A DNA stretch of 45,418 nt from a candidate division WOR-3 bacterium (GTDB lineage: Bacteria; Hydrothermota; Tepidihabitantia; SM23-42): assembly GCA_030671005.1 (NCBI GenBank), contig DAOVAN010000002.1, positions 1-45,418 on the forward strand. Reading direction: 5' to 3'. Both the position numbers and the translations under genes were made by a program. Shown here piece after piece: positions 26,738 through 36,510 of this stretch (position 1 is the stretch's first letter; every line of letters begins with the position of its first letter). Below the pieces are notes generated by a model. The model was not told the DNA's origin. It saw only the letters and a program-made list of their open reading frames with translations, and searched no databases.

Positions 26738-27805
26738 ATGGCGGAAAAGAAATTGATGTATGGCAATTACGCAATAGTCGAAGGTGTTCTCGCTGCCGGG
26801 TGCAGATTCTTTGCCGGATATCCCATCACACCCCAGAATGAAATACCTGAATATATGTCCATTAGGATGAACGAGATGGGCGGCGTATTCATACAGACCG
26901 AGAGCGAAATTGCCGCAATCAATATGCTCTTCGGCGTGGCCGCCGCCGGCAAAAGGGCGATGACCTCTTCTTCTTCGCCCGGCATCAGCTTAATGCAAGA
27001 AGGCATTTCTTACATCGCCGGTGCTGACATACCGGTTTTGGTAGTGAACGTCATTCGGGGTGGTCCAGGACTGGGTAATATTGCACCAGCACAATCCGAC
27101 TATTATCAGGCAACAAGAGGTGGTGGTCATGGCGACTACTTCACAATCACTCTGGCGCCTAATTCAGCACAGGAATTGTTTGAGTTCCCGAAACTGGCTT
27201 TCGAACTAGCCGAGAAGTATCGTAATCCTGCTCTTATTCTGGCTGATGGTCTACTCGGCCAGATGATGGAGCCAGTCGAATTCTCATATGAACCGGTTGA
27301 CCCGAATACCCTTCCCGAACCCGCATATGCCCTGAGTGGTTGTAAGGGAAGAGAACGCAGAGTTGTCCGTTCATACGACTTGAAACCGGGCAAACTCGAG
27401 GAGTGGAACTGGCGGCGTCAAAAGAAATATCAGCAAATCATGCAAGACGAGCAACGATTCGAAACCACCTCATGTGAAGACGCAGATCTCGTCATTGTTG
27501 CTTTCGGCACCTGTGCCCGTGTCTGCAACGCGGCAATGCGCATGGCGCGCGAAAAAGGTCTCAAGGTGGGATTGCTCAGACCTATAACCCTTTGGCCATT
27601 CCCAGCAAAAGTGCTCGCCGAGCTATCCAAAAAAACTGACGATTTCCTGGTCGTCGAGATGAACATGGGTCAGATGATTGAGGACGTGAAATTGGCTACC
27701 GAGTGCAGAGGGAAGATTCACTTCCATGGCCGGCCAGGAGGCGGCGTACCTGCACCACCCGAGGTCTTCGAGAAGATCCAGACCATTCTTGGGGGTGCCC
27801 GATGA
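26738..27805 (+). CDS. korA: 2-oxoacid (likely 2-oxoglutarate):ferredoxin oxidoreductase alpha subunit
   Basis: ATG 26738 follows GAGGAGA. The N-terminus is MYGNYAIVEGVLAAGCRFFAGYPITPQNEI. The D-A-B-C gene order matches OorDABC/KorDABC-type enzymes, but substrate specificity cannot be proven from sequence. Confidence 0.8.
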   Translation: MAEKKLMYGNYAIVEGVLAAGCRFFAGYPITPQNEIPEYMSIRMNEMGGVFIQTESEIAAINMLFGVAAAGKRAMTSSSSPGISLMQEGISYIAGADIPVLVVNVIRGGPGLGNIAPAQSDYYQATRGGGHGDYFTITLAPNSAQELFEFPKLAFELAEKYRNPALILADGLLGQMMEPVEFSYEPVDPNTLPEPAYALSGCKGRERRVVRSYDLKPGKLEEWNWRRQKKYQQIMQDEQRFETTSCEDADLVIVAFGTCARVCNAAMRMAREKGLKVGLLRPITLWPFPAKVLAELSKKTDDFLVVEMNMGQMIEDVKLATECRGKIHFHGRPGGGVPAPPEVFEKIQTILGGAR

Positions 27806-28551
27806 AACAGATTTTTGGCAGACCTGCAGGATTGACGGATGTTCTCCAAAGATATTGTCCAGGTTGTGGCCATGGTATAGTCCATCGCATAATCGGCGAG
27901 CTAATGGTTAAGCTAGAAATCCGGGAGCGTACGGTCGGCATCGCGCCCGTGGGTTGCTCAGTATTTGCCGATGAGTATTTCAATTGCGACATGATTCAGC
28001 CGCCTCATGGCAGGGGCCCGGCAGTATCAACCGGTATCAAGCGTTCCAGACCAGACACAGTGGTATTCAGTTATCAGGGCGATGGCGATCTTGCGGCAAT
28101 CGGCACTGCCGAAATCATACACGCCGCGGCCCGCAATGAGAACATCACGATTATCTTCATCAACAATGCCATCTTCGGCATGACCGGTGGTCAGCTTGCG
28201 CCCACAACACTGCCTGGCATGAAATCTACGACCTCGGTTCAGGGTCGCGATGTCAAGAAACAAGGATACCCGATAAAGGTGTGTGAATTACTCGCTGGCC
28301 TTGACGGTCCCTCCTATCTCGTGCGGACATCGGTGCATAAACCGAAAGACATAATCAAAACGGAGAAGGCGTTAAAGAATGCCTTCCTAAACCAAATGGA
28401 GAACAAGGGATTTTCCTTGGTTGAAATACTATCGATGTGCCCCACAAATTGGGGGATGACTCCGATACAGTCAAAAAACTGGATCGAAGAAACGATGATG
28501 AAATATTTTCCTCTTGGAGAATACCGTAATCGGGCAAAGGAGGAAAAATGA
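27802..28551 (+). CDS. korB: 2-oxoacid:ferredoxin oxidoreductase beta subunit (TPP-binding)
   Basis: ATG 27802 overlaps the alpha subunit stop. CPGCGHG is present, with the TPP motif GDGDLAAIG...NNAIFGMTGGQ. Confidence 0.85.
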   Translation: MKQIFGRPAGLTDVLQRYCPGCGHGIVHRIIGELMVKLEIRERTVGIAPVGCSVFADEYFNCDMIQPPHGRGPAVSTGIKRSRPDTVVFSYQGDGDLAAIGTAEIIHAAARNENITIIFINNAIFGMTGGQLAPTTLPGMKSTTSVQGRDVKKQGYPIKVCELLAGLDGPSYLVRTSVHKPKDIIKTEKALKNAFLNQMENKGFSLVEILSMCPTNWGMTPIQSKNWIEETMMKYFPLGEYRNRAKEEK

Positions 28552-29081
28552 CCAAGGAAATAATCATTGCTGGTTTCGGCGGACAGGGAATCGTATCGTC
28601 AGGCATCATTTTGGGTCACGCCGGCTTGTTCGAGAACAAAAATGTCACTTTCTTCCCTTCGTACGGTGCAGAAATGCGCGGCGGCACAGCAAACTGTTCA
28701 GTGGTGATATCGACCGAACCAGTAGCATCCCCGATTGTCGCTGATCCGGACATAGTCATCGTGATGAACGAACCATCACTAACCCATTTTGAGCCAATGG
28801 TCAAACCCGGCGGAACCCTGTTCGTGAACAAGACCCTCATCAAATCACGCCCAAAAAGAACCGATATCACCATCATCCCCATTGAAGCTAACGCGATCGC
28901 TGAGGAACTCGGGCAGGGACGCATCGCCAATATGGTCATGCTTGGTGCGCTAATCAAGAATACGAAGATGCTCAGTTTAGAAACATTAAAGAAAGCACAA
29001 CGCGAGAGGTTCGTCAAATCAAGCGAGGAGCAGCTGAACCTGAACGACAAAGCATTGGAACGCGGTTACGAACTCGTATAA
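28548..29081 (+). CDS. korC: 2-oxoacid:ferredoxin oxidoreductase gamma subunit
   Basis: 177 aa with IIIAGFGGQGIVSSG and SYGAEMRGG. An ATGA overlap joins it to the beta subunit gene. Confidence 0.85.
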   Translation: MTKEIIIAGFGGQGIVSSGIILGHAGLFENKNVTFFPSYGAEMRGGTANCSVVISTEPVASPIVADPDIVIVMNEPSLTHFEPMVKPGGTLFVNKTLIKSRPKRTDITIIPIEANAIAEELGQGRIANMVMLGALIKNTKMLSLETLKKAQRERFVKSSEEQLNLNDKALERGYELV

Positions 29082-29218
29082 ACCGCTAATGATGAGAGAT
29101 GAGAAATGAAAAGAATTCTTAGGTGTCAACATAGTGGAACATTAGAATGCTGTGACTGCCCGCATAAGTAGGGTGGTTAAAGCAAGAGAAATAGGTACTT
29201 GTTTTACAAACACTTATA

Positions 29219-31633
29219 ATGCTGGATGATGTCCTGCCTCTGGTGAGAAAACCGATTCGCTACACGGGTGGCGAATACAATATCACGATAAAAAAACATC
29301 CCCGGGTACTCATCGGTCTGGTCTTCCCCGAGATCTACGAATTGGGTATGTCCAACCTTGGCATCAAAATCGTATACCATCTCTTCAACCGTGAACAAGA
29401 TATTCAATGCGAGAGAATTTTCGCGCCCTGGCCCGATTTTGGCGGTAAGCTCAGGGAACACAATATTATACCCTACGGGCTCGAAACAAAAACCCCGATA
29501 ACTGAATTCGACCTGTTGGGCTTTTCCCTCCAGAGTGAATTATGCTACACTAATGTTTTGTATATCTTAGACCTTGCCAACATACCATTCAGGGCTGCTG
29601 ACCGCGACCGGCGTCATCCAATCCTCATTGCCGGCGGACCAGCCACGCTAAATCCCCGGCCCCTTTCCCAGGTCTTCGACGCGTTTGTGATCGGCGATGG
29701 CGAACCCGTGGTCGGAGAAATCGCCAGAATACTCAAAGACACTGCCAAGGACAAAAAGGCACAGCGCCTGCGAGCGATGTCGCGCATGCGCGGTGTATGG
29801 GTACCGGCACTGCACGGCGCCGACTCAAAAATCCAGAAATGCACAGCATCGCTACTCCATGAAGAGACCTTACCCTTTCCGCCGATACTACCAATATGCG
29901 ACATCACCCACGACCGTTATGTTGTCGAGGTGATGCGAGGATGCACCTGGGGCTGTCGCTTCTGTCAATCTGGCTATACGAATCGTCCATTGCGGGTCAG
30001 GCCCGAGTCCGAAATCTTGAGGGCCGTGGAGAAAGGAATAAGACACACAGGCTGGGAAGAGGTCTCTCTACTATCATTCTCGATCCTCGACTATCCCGAC
30101 CTCTTGAACCTTATCCGAAAACTCAACGAACTGCTTAAGAAAAAAAGGGTAAGCATTTCTCTGCCGGCCATGCGCGGCGAGCTCTTCACCGAGGATTTAG
30201 CAATGCTCTTACGAGAAATCAAGAAAAGTGGGTTGACCTTTGCTCCCGAGACCGCTAGCGAAAAGCTTCGTTGCCGGTTGAACAAATCCTTTTCCAATGA
30301 CCGTCTCATCAACTCAATAGACACCGCATACCGACTCGGCTGGAAGCAGGTGAAACTATACTTCATGATTGGACTACCCTTTGAGCAAGATGACGACATC
30401 AAAGAGATAAACAAATTGAGCGCGATGATACTACAAACATGTTCCAGTGGTAGCATCAAGCTTTCGTTGAGTTCCTTTGTTCCCAAACCTCACACTCCCT
30501 TTGAGTCGGTGGAATTCGCGCCGATCGAAGAACTGGAAGCCAAAATTGAAAGGATAAAGAGCACGAAGAGACGCCGTTTAGAAATTAAGTATCAGTCTCC
30601 TCAGGTTTCATATATCGAAGCTGTTCTGTCTCGGGCAGACGAAAGAATATTGCCGGTCATCGAAGATGTGTACCATAAGGGCAGTATATTTGAGGAATGG
30701 CGCGAGGGGTTCGACTTTTCGCGCTGGCAAGACTCTTTCCAGAAACACGATATAGACCCGGGTGAATATCTCAAATCGCGGGAGAGCAACCCCTGGGATA
30801 TCGTTGACACCGGGGTCAGTAAAGACTTCCTACGAAAAGAATTTCATAGATCAAGACTCGGTTTGACAACCGAGAACTGTTTCTACAAGAATTGTACTCA
30901 TTGTGGAGCATGTGATGGTGATCAATCAAAGCATCACGAAAGCCAGGACAAATACCTCAGTGTTGAGCAGGAACCTAAGAAATCAGGGCAGCAAATAATG
31001 TATCGTGTGAAGTACTCAGTGGGCGAGCCGTTCCGTTATGCTTCACACCTGGATATCGCGAGGACTATCTACCGAACCCTGCGTAGAACTGAGCTGCCGA
31101 TAAAATTCACTCAAGGGTTCTCCCCAATACCAAAGGTTTCGTTTTGTCCACCTAAGAGTGTTGGGCAGATATCCAAGGGCGATTTTTTTGACATCTACTT
31201 TGACGCTGAGTATTTCGGCAACATCTCGAGGGAATTGAATTCCAGACTTCCGGCAGGCATCAGGGTGCTGGATATTCGCGCCTTGGAGTCCAGAGCACCA
31301 TCACTTTCCAGCTCCATAAACTTGATAGAATACGAGGTCGATATTGCGGGGAGTGAGTTAAGGAAACAGATTGATTCCTCATCCAGAGAATCGGTCTACA
31401 TAGAAACAAAATCCGGGAGGAAGGATATCGCTGCCGGGCTTGATTCCATTTCAATCAGCAACGGTAAACTTACCTGCGCCCTATACTATGGCGGCGGGCA
31501 AATAAATATTTATGACCTCATTAGCTATTTGACTGGTCTTCCTTCAGACCAGGCCAAGCGCTACAAAGTAACGAGAACGACGATGTTCACAAAAAAAGAG
31601 GGTGAACTATATTCTCCGATGGAGGCCAAGTGA
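29219..31633 (+). CDS. radical SAM protein with B12-binding-like N-terminal region fused to a DUF2344 domain
   Basis: 804 aa. The N-terminus VRKPIRYTGGEYN and the Cys cluster CTWGCRFC are present. The C-terminal ~220 aa resemble DUF2344. This family is commonly adjacent to RNase E/G genes. Confidence 0.75.
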   Translation: MLDDVLPLVRKPIRYTGGEYNITIKKHPRVLIGLVFPEIYELGMSNLGIKIVYHLFNREQDIQCERIFAPWPDFGGKLREHNIIPYGLETKTPITEFDLLGFSLQSELCYTNVLYILDLANIPFRAADRDRRHPILIAGGPATLNPRPLSQVFDAFVIGDGEPVVGEIARILKDTAKDKKAQRLRAMSRMRGVWVPALHGADSKIQKCTASLLHEETLPFPPILPICDITHDRYVVEVMRGCTWGCRFCQSGYTNRPLRVRPESEILRAVEKGIRHTGWEEVSLLSFSILDYPDLLNLIRKLNELLKKKRVSISLPAMRGELFTEDLAMLLREIKKSGLTFAPETASEKLRCRLNKSFSNDRLINSIDTAYRLGWKQVKLYFMIGLPFEQDDDIKEINKLSAMILQTCSSGSIKLSLSSFVPKPHTPFESVEFAPIEELEAKIERIKSTKRRRLEIKYQSPQVSYIEAVLSRADERILPVIEDVYHKGSIFEEWREGFDFSRWQDSFQKHDIDPGEYLKSRESNPWDIVDTGVSKDFLRKEFHRSRLGLTTENCFYKNCTHCGACDGDQSKHHESQDKYLSVEQEPKKSGQQIMYRVKYSVGEPFRYASHLDIARTIYRTLRRTELPIKFTQGFSPIPKVSFCPPKSVGQISKGDFFDIYFDAEYFGNISRELNSRLPAGIRVLDIRALESRAPSLSSSINLIEYEVDIAGSELRKQIDSSSRESVYIETKSGRKDIAAGLDSISISNGKLTCALYYGGGQINIYDLISYLTGLPSDQAKRYKVTRTTMFTKKEGELYSPMEAK

Positions 31634-33105
31634 GAAAAAAAGACATGATTGTTAACATCTCGAATACAGAAACAAGAATTGCAGTAATGCAAGACGGCAG
31701 CTTCGCCGAGTTTTATCTGGACCGTGCTGAACAGACAAGCCTGGTTGGCAACGTCTACAAGGGCAAAGTCCTTAATCTGATCTCCGGTCTAAAGGCCGCA
31801 TTCGTCAACATCGGTATTGAGAAGAATGGATTTCTTCCGCTTAATGAAATTCCATTCGAAGAATTCTCAGAGCTCTTCGAGAGCGACATTGAGATGGAAC
31901 ACAAGTATCGGCCGGAAGAGATAAAACTCAGGGAAAACCAAGAAATAATCGTCCAGGTAACTAAGGATCCATACGGCATAAAGGGTCCACGCATCACTTC
32001 ATACATCTCCATTCCTGGCCGATACGTTGTACTACTGATAAACGCGAAGAATATCGGCATCTCCCGTAAGATTCGTCAACGACGCGTGCGCGAGATGCTC
32101 TTCCGAACAGGTAAACACATCAAACCGCAGGGTATGGGGATCATCATTCGGACTGCAGCCGCACGCGCGAAATCCGAAGAAATCAAGAAAGAAGTAGAGG
32201 TACTCAGGCGTGAGTGGGACATAAATCTTCAGAAGGCAAAAGCCACAGCACCGGTTCTCATTTACCAGGAGCCCGATGTACTCATCAAGACGGTCCGTGA
32301 CGTATTCAATAGCGAAGTAAGGAATCTAATCATAGATTCCCAGCCGGCCTATAGTAAGATCATCACTTACCTCGGCAGGGTATCTCCCCGCATGCGCTCG
32401 CGGGTCAAGCTCTATACTGATAGCCAACCCATATTCCAGAAATACTCCGTCGAGGATCAGCTAAAGAGCATACTGGAGAGGAAAGCATGGCTGCCTAGTG
32501 GTGGTTACATCGTACTCGACCAGACCGAAGCACTGGTGACCATAGATGTCAACACCGGCAAGTCTTCTAAGGAAAAACAGGCTGAGAAGTTAGGCTTATC
32601 GACGAATCTCGAGGCGCTAAGAGAAATCGTGCGCCAACTGCGTTTAAGGGATATCGGTGGCCTGGTCGTGGTCGACCTCATTGACCTTACAAGAAAAGAA
32701 AATATTAGCCGTATGCTGAGGGAATTCAAGTCGCTCATTCGTGAAGACCGGGCGCGCTACCGGATCGGCGCGATAAGTGAATTCGGGCTATTGGAATTCA
32801 CGCGCGAACGCTCACGAATCAGTGTCACCTCAAGCCTGAGTGAGCCCTGCCCGATCTGCAAGGGTAGAGGGAGAACCATGTCCCGGCAGAGTGCGCTGGG
32901 ATATGTCGAACGCTGGTTCAGGTCCAATGGCCAGAACGTCAAGGGTAAAATGGTTGAACTACAAACATCGCCCCGGCTTGCTGATTTCCTCAGTCTTCGG
33001 CACGCCGAGGTCATTGCGGATATCGCCAAGGAATACAAATTAATTCTCCGCATCAAGGCTGACTATGCATTTAGTGAAGGTGATTTCAAGGTGATCGTGT
33101 TATGA
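31630..33105 (+). CDS. rng: ribonuclease G/E family endoribonuclease
   Basis: 491 aa with an S1 domain (GNVYKGKVLNLISGLKAAFVNIG) and a DNase I-like region (IVLDQTEALVTIDVNTG). It also has a zinc link (CPICKGRG). It overlaps the upstream gene by 4 nt. Confidence 0.85.
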   Translation: MRKKDMIVNISNTETRIAVMQDGSFAEFYLDRAEQTSLVGNVYKGKVLNLISGLKAAFVNIGIEKNGFLPLNEIPFEEFSELFESDIEMEHKYRPEEIKLRENQEIIVQVTKDPYGIKGPRITSYISIPGRYVVLLINAKNIGISRKIRQRRVREMLFRTGKHIKPQGMGIIIRTAAARAKSEEIKKEVEVLRREWDINLQKAKATAPVLIYQEPDVLIKTVRDVFNSEVRNLIIDSQPAYSKIITYLGRVSPRMRSRVKLYTDSQPIFQKYSVEDQLKSILERKAWLPSGGYIVLDQTEALVTIDVNTGKSSKEKQAEKLGLSTNLEALREIVRQLRLRDIGGLVVVDLIDLTRKENISRMLREFKSLIREDRARYRIGAISEFGLLEFTRERSRISVTSSLSEPCPICKGRGRTMSRQSALGYVERWFRSNGQNVKGKMVELQTSPRLADFLSLRHAEVIADIAKEYKLILRIKADYAFSEGDFKVIVL

Positions 33106-33129
33106 CAGCGCTAGGAAAGGGGTCAAAAC

Positions 33130-35028
33130 ATGCAGGGATTCTTTAGAGACATTACCGAAGGTGAGATTCGAGACCTGGAAGAGAATGCCCGGCTCTGCCG
33201 TGGCGACATAATCAAGATGACGACAATCGCAGGATCTGGACATCCCGGTGGTTCTATGTCATCGGTCGACATCTTTCTCACGCTCTTCTCTTACGCCCAC
33301 GTTTCACCAGGAAAACACGATGACCCGACCCGTGACCGCATCATAGTCAGCCACGGTCATACCTCGCCCGGCCTGTATGCCTGTCTAGCACGAATGGGTT
33401 ATGTTGACCTCCAAGAGGTGCTGACGGCTTTCAGAAAGTCGGACAGCTCATTTGAGGGACATATCGAAAGAAATGTACCCGGCGTTGAGTGGACAACGGG
33501 CAACCTGGGACAGGGGTTGTCAGCAGGCTGTGGATTTACACTGGCCGGCAGGTTGAACGGTTCAAACTTCAACACCTTTGTGGTGATGAGCGATGGCGAG
33601 CAGGCAAAAGGACAGGTTTGCGAAGCCAGAAGATTCGCCCGCAAATTTAATCTCAATAAACTAACCGTAATCATCGACCACAATCACATTCAGATATCCG
33701 GAAGAACCGAAGATGTCATGCCGGTTAACATCAAGGACAATTATCTCGCTGATGGCTGGAAGGTTCTGGAGATCTCTGGTCACGATTTTCGAGAGATTCA
33801 TGACGCGGTTAAACAGTCCATCATTGATAAGAATCACCCGTATGCGATCATTGCGGAAACGACAATCGGTAAAGGTGTCTCATTCATGGAAAACCAACGC
33901 GAATACCACGGGCGCGCCCTTAACGAAGAAGAGAGCACAAAGGCGCTGAGTGAATTGAATGTTTCAAACGATATCGCAGCGATATCGCAGACCCGGGCCA
34001 CACGTAAGGTCAAATACCACCATGATCTTCATTACACAGAGTCGCCCACACTAAACACTGGAACGCCCAGGACATACGACAATGACACCCATCCCAGGAT
34101 GGTCTTCGGCAAAGTACTGGAAGAGATCGCACGCCTAAACCCGGACGCCCCTATTGCCGTGCTCGATTGCGACTTAACCGAATCAGTCAAAACCAACAAG
34201 TTTGCAGAAGTACGGCCCCAGAACTTCTTCGAAGCCGGCGTCAGTGAACATACTACGGCTACGATCGCCGGTGCGCTCTCGGTCAACGGCATCATCACAA
34301 TCTGGGCCGACTTCGGGGTGTTTGCAATCGACGAAGTTTATAACCAACTGAGGTTGAATGACATTAACCACACGAATTTGAAGATCTGTGCTACACACCT
34401 TGGCTACAACGTGGGCCCGGACGGTAAGACCCATCATTGCATAGATTACATTGGTCTATTGAAAAATCTTTTCGGCTTCAAGTTAGTGATGCCCGGTGAT
34501 CCAAGTCAAACCGATCACGTGGTACGCTATGTGCTAAATCAAAAGGGCAACTATGTAATTGGGCTCTGCAGAACCAAAATGCCGGTCATAAAAACCGAGG
34601 ATAACAGGAATTTTTTCGATGAAAACTATGTGTTTGAATACGGCAAGTGTGACCTGGTCAGAGAAGGCAAGGACTGTACGATACTCACCTTCGGTACAAT
34701 GCTACCGCTGGCTATTATTGCATGCGAAAAATTACTCGCCATGGAAATTTCTGCTCGCATATACAATGTTACATCGCCCCTACACATTGACAGTAGAATT
34801 CTTCATGAAGCAGCGAACACAAAACTAGTCGTAACCTATGAGGACCACATTGTAACCTCTGGACTTGGCAGTATAGTTGCTCAAAACATCGCGCGCGAGA
34901 AACTGAATGTAAACCTCATCACGGTGGGAATAAATCAGTACGGTGCTTCGGATAATTCCGATGTCTTGTATGAACAATATGGTCTGAATGTTGATTCTTT
35001 AGTTAAAGTAATTAGCGAAAATCTTTGA
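33130..35028 (+). CDS. tkt: transketolase (single-chain, short form)
   Basis: 632 aa with the TPP-binding region SGHPGGSMS...GHTSPGLY...GNLGQGLS...SDGEQAKGQ, followed by pyrimidine-binding and C-terminal domains. Confidence 0.8.
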   Translation: MQGFFRDITEGEIRDLEENARLCRGDIIKMTTIAGSGHPGGSMSSVDIFLTLFSYAHVSPGKHDDPTRDRIIVSHGHTSPGLYACLARMGYVDLQEVLTAFRKSDSSFEGHIERNVPGVEWTTGNLGQGLSAGCGFTLAGRLNGSNFNTFVVMSDGEQAKGQVCEARRFARKFNLNKLTVIIDHNHIQISGRTEDVMPVNIKDNYLADGWKVLEISGHDFREIHDAVKQSIIDKNHPYAIIAETTIGKGVSFMENQREYHGRALNEEESTKALSELNVSNDIAAISQTRATRKVKYHHDLHYTESPTLNTGTPRTYDNDTHPRMVFGKVLEEIARLNPDAPIAVLDCDLTESVKTNKFAEVRPQNFFEAGVSEHTTATIAGALSVNGIITIWADFGVFAIDEVYNQLRLNDINHTNLKICATHLGYNVGPDGKTHHCIDYIGLLKNLFGFKLVMPGDPSQTDHVVRYVLNQKGNYVIGLCRTKMPVIKTEDNRNFFDENYVFEYGKCDLVREGKDCTILTFGTMLPLAIIACEKLLAMEISARIYNVTSPLHIDSRILHEAANTKLVVTYEDHIVTSGLGSIVAQNIAREKLNVNLITVGINQYGASDNSDVLYEQYGLNVDSLVKVISENL

Positions 35029-35697
35029 TTATCCTTTAGGCGACAAGTAGAAGAAAATCGAAAAATAGTGGCAAATACTGCCACCCAGAACAAATAGATG
35101 CCAAATGGCATGGCTATATTTCAATTTGCGCCAGGCATAAAATACGACGCCCGCCGTATAGAGAACCCCACCAGCTGTTAATCCAATAAGACCACCGAGG
35201 GGGATGCTAACCAGCATCTGCTTAATAGCGACTACACAAAGCCAACCCATCATGATATAGATCAAGACTGAAAGCTTCCTGTAGCGATCGATAAAGAGGG
35301 ATTTGAACACTATGCCCAACACAGCCAACCCCCAAATAATTACAAATAGAGTCCAACCCAATACCCCGCGCAGGCTAATCAACAAGAAAGGAGTATAAGT
35401 GCCGGCAATCAATAAGAAAATCGTGGAGTGATCAATGATTTTAAAGACCTTTTTAACCTTTCTATTTCGAAAACTATGATAAAGTGTTGAAGCGAGGTAA
35501 AGAACTATTAAGGTTGCTCCATAAATGCTAAAGCTGACAATTCGCCAAACATCACCATACAATGTAGCCAATACGACCAGGACGACTAACCCCACTACAC
35601 TCAATCCAGCTCCAATGCCATGCGTGATGCTATTGGCTATTTCTTCACCTAGGGTATCATGTCGGGTCTGCAAGCAAACAAATATAGACGCTGACAA
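35029..35697 (-). CDS. hemolysin III / PAQR-family membrane protein
   Basis: 222 aa with 7 TM helices and motifs EEIANSITHGIG, STLYHS and HAIWHLFVLGGSICHY. The start is TTG per the ORF track. Its stop abuts the tkt stop with zero intergenic nt. Confidence 0.8.
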   Translation of the reverse strand: MSASIFVCLQTRHDTLGEEIANSITHGIGAGLSVVGLVVLVVLATLYGDVWRIVSFSIYGATLIVLYLASTLYHSFRNRKVKKVFKIIDHSTIFLLIAGTYTPFLLISLRGVLGWTLFVIIWGLAVLGIVFKSLFIDRYRKLSVLIYIMMGWLCVVAIKQMLVSIPLGGLIGLTAGGVLYTAGVVFYAWRKLKYSHAIWHLFVLGGSICHYFSIFFYLSPKG

Positions 35698-35751
35698 GCA
35701 GGAGTCAAGGGGTAAGAATGTTGGGAACCACAGAAATTACTGTATCTGACC

Positions 35752-35925
35752 GGGGTCAGGTCTCTACCCCATTGAAATAGTATCCTATTCACGGGGCAGG
35801 CTTTGAACATAACAGCTGAGGGTATTGTTTGGGGAAAAACTCTCTTGTAGTCGAACATAATTGCGTGGAATTATGTTCAAAGCATGCCCTCGGAGCGAAG
35901 GCGTAGGGGGTAGAGACCTGACCCC
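35752..35925. repeat. nested inverted-repeat element in the hlyIII-archease intergenic region
   Basis: IR1 is GGGGTCAGGTCTCTACCCC (35752-35770) against its exact reverse complement (35907-35925). IR2 is GGGCAGGCTTTGAACATAA (35794-35812) against 35871-35889, matching 18/19. Confidence 0.7.
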
Positions 35926-35980
35926 AAGAGGCCCCATTGACTATGGTGCGGATGTGGCTAAACTCCTGAAAAGGACAATC

Positions 35981-36394
35981 GTGAAGAAACCATTTCGATA
36001 TCTTGACCACACGGCTGACTTGGGCATTGAGGTTCTCGGAGAGAACCTCAGTACGCTGTTTGTCAATATCGGCAAGGCCATATTTGAAACCCAAATTCAG
36101 GGTAAGATCATTGCCCGCAAAGAGAGATCGATAAAAATCAAGAGTGACTCACTCGAGGATCTCTTCATTGATTGGTGCCGGGAGCTGCTCTACGATTTTT
36201 CAGTCAGCAGTTTTATACCCTGTGAATACCAAATATCTATAGAAAACCTTTCGCTGCACGCACAAATGCGCGGCGATGAGTTTGATTCGACCCGGCATCA
36301 GATCAACATGGAAATAAAGAATCCTACCTACCATAAACTCTCCGTCAAGAAACAAGACAATAATTATTGTGCACGGATTATATTTGATGTATGA
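35981..36394 (+). CDS. archease
   Basis: The ORF track starts at 35861, but that extension lies inside the inverted repeat. GTG 35981 gives VKKPFRYLDHTADLGIEV, a typical archease N-terminus with the DHTAD motif. The alternative start is GTG 35953. Confidence 0.75.
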   Translation: MKKPFRYLDHTADLGIEVLGENLSTLFVNIGKAIFETQIQGKIIARKERSIKIKSDSLEDLFIDWCRELLYDFSVSSFIPCEYQISIENLSLHAQMRGDEFDSTRHQINMEIKNPTYHKLSVKKQDNNYCARIIFDV

Positions 36395-36395
36395 T

Positions 36396-36509
36396 ATGAA
36401 AAGGGTAGAAGAAGGCATGAGAAGGCTTAAAAAGGCTATGATGGCTTCATTGGTTCGAGCCTTGATAGCCATTATAGTCATAGTAGCCTTCTCTGAGCCT
36501 TTTAGGTGA
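36396..36509 (+). CDS. 37-aa single-TM micro-protein (below the ORF-track cutoff)
   Basis: Read by hand as MKRVEEGMRRLKKAMMASLVRALIAIIVIVAFSEPFR. It starts 1 nt after the archease stop and ends 1 nt before the MFS ATG. Confidence 0.4.
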   Translation: MKRVEEGMRRLKKAMMASLVRALIAIIVIVAFSEPFR

Positions 36510-36510
36510 T

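Noticed and set aside
29215-29220. TATAAT hexamer overlapping the radical SAM start codon
   Set aside because: The family-typical N-terminus (VRKPIRYTGGEYN) requires the ATG at 29219, so a -10 at this position cannot serve this gene. There is also no good -35 at 16-18 nt.
35026-35031. tkt and hlyIII stop codons abut with no intergenic nucleotide and no terminator
   Set aside because: This is unusual-looking but compatible with a compact genome. There is nothing further to test from sequence alone.
35649-36094. ORFs 35649-35858 (-), 35789-36094 (-) and the N-terminal 40 codons of ORF 35861-36394 (+), which share the MFKACP and GRDLTP peptides
   Set aside because: The shared peptides are an artefact of translating the two arms of the inverted repeat. 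The archease homology only begins at about 35981.
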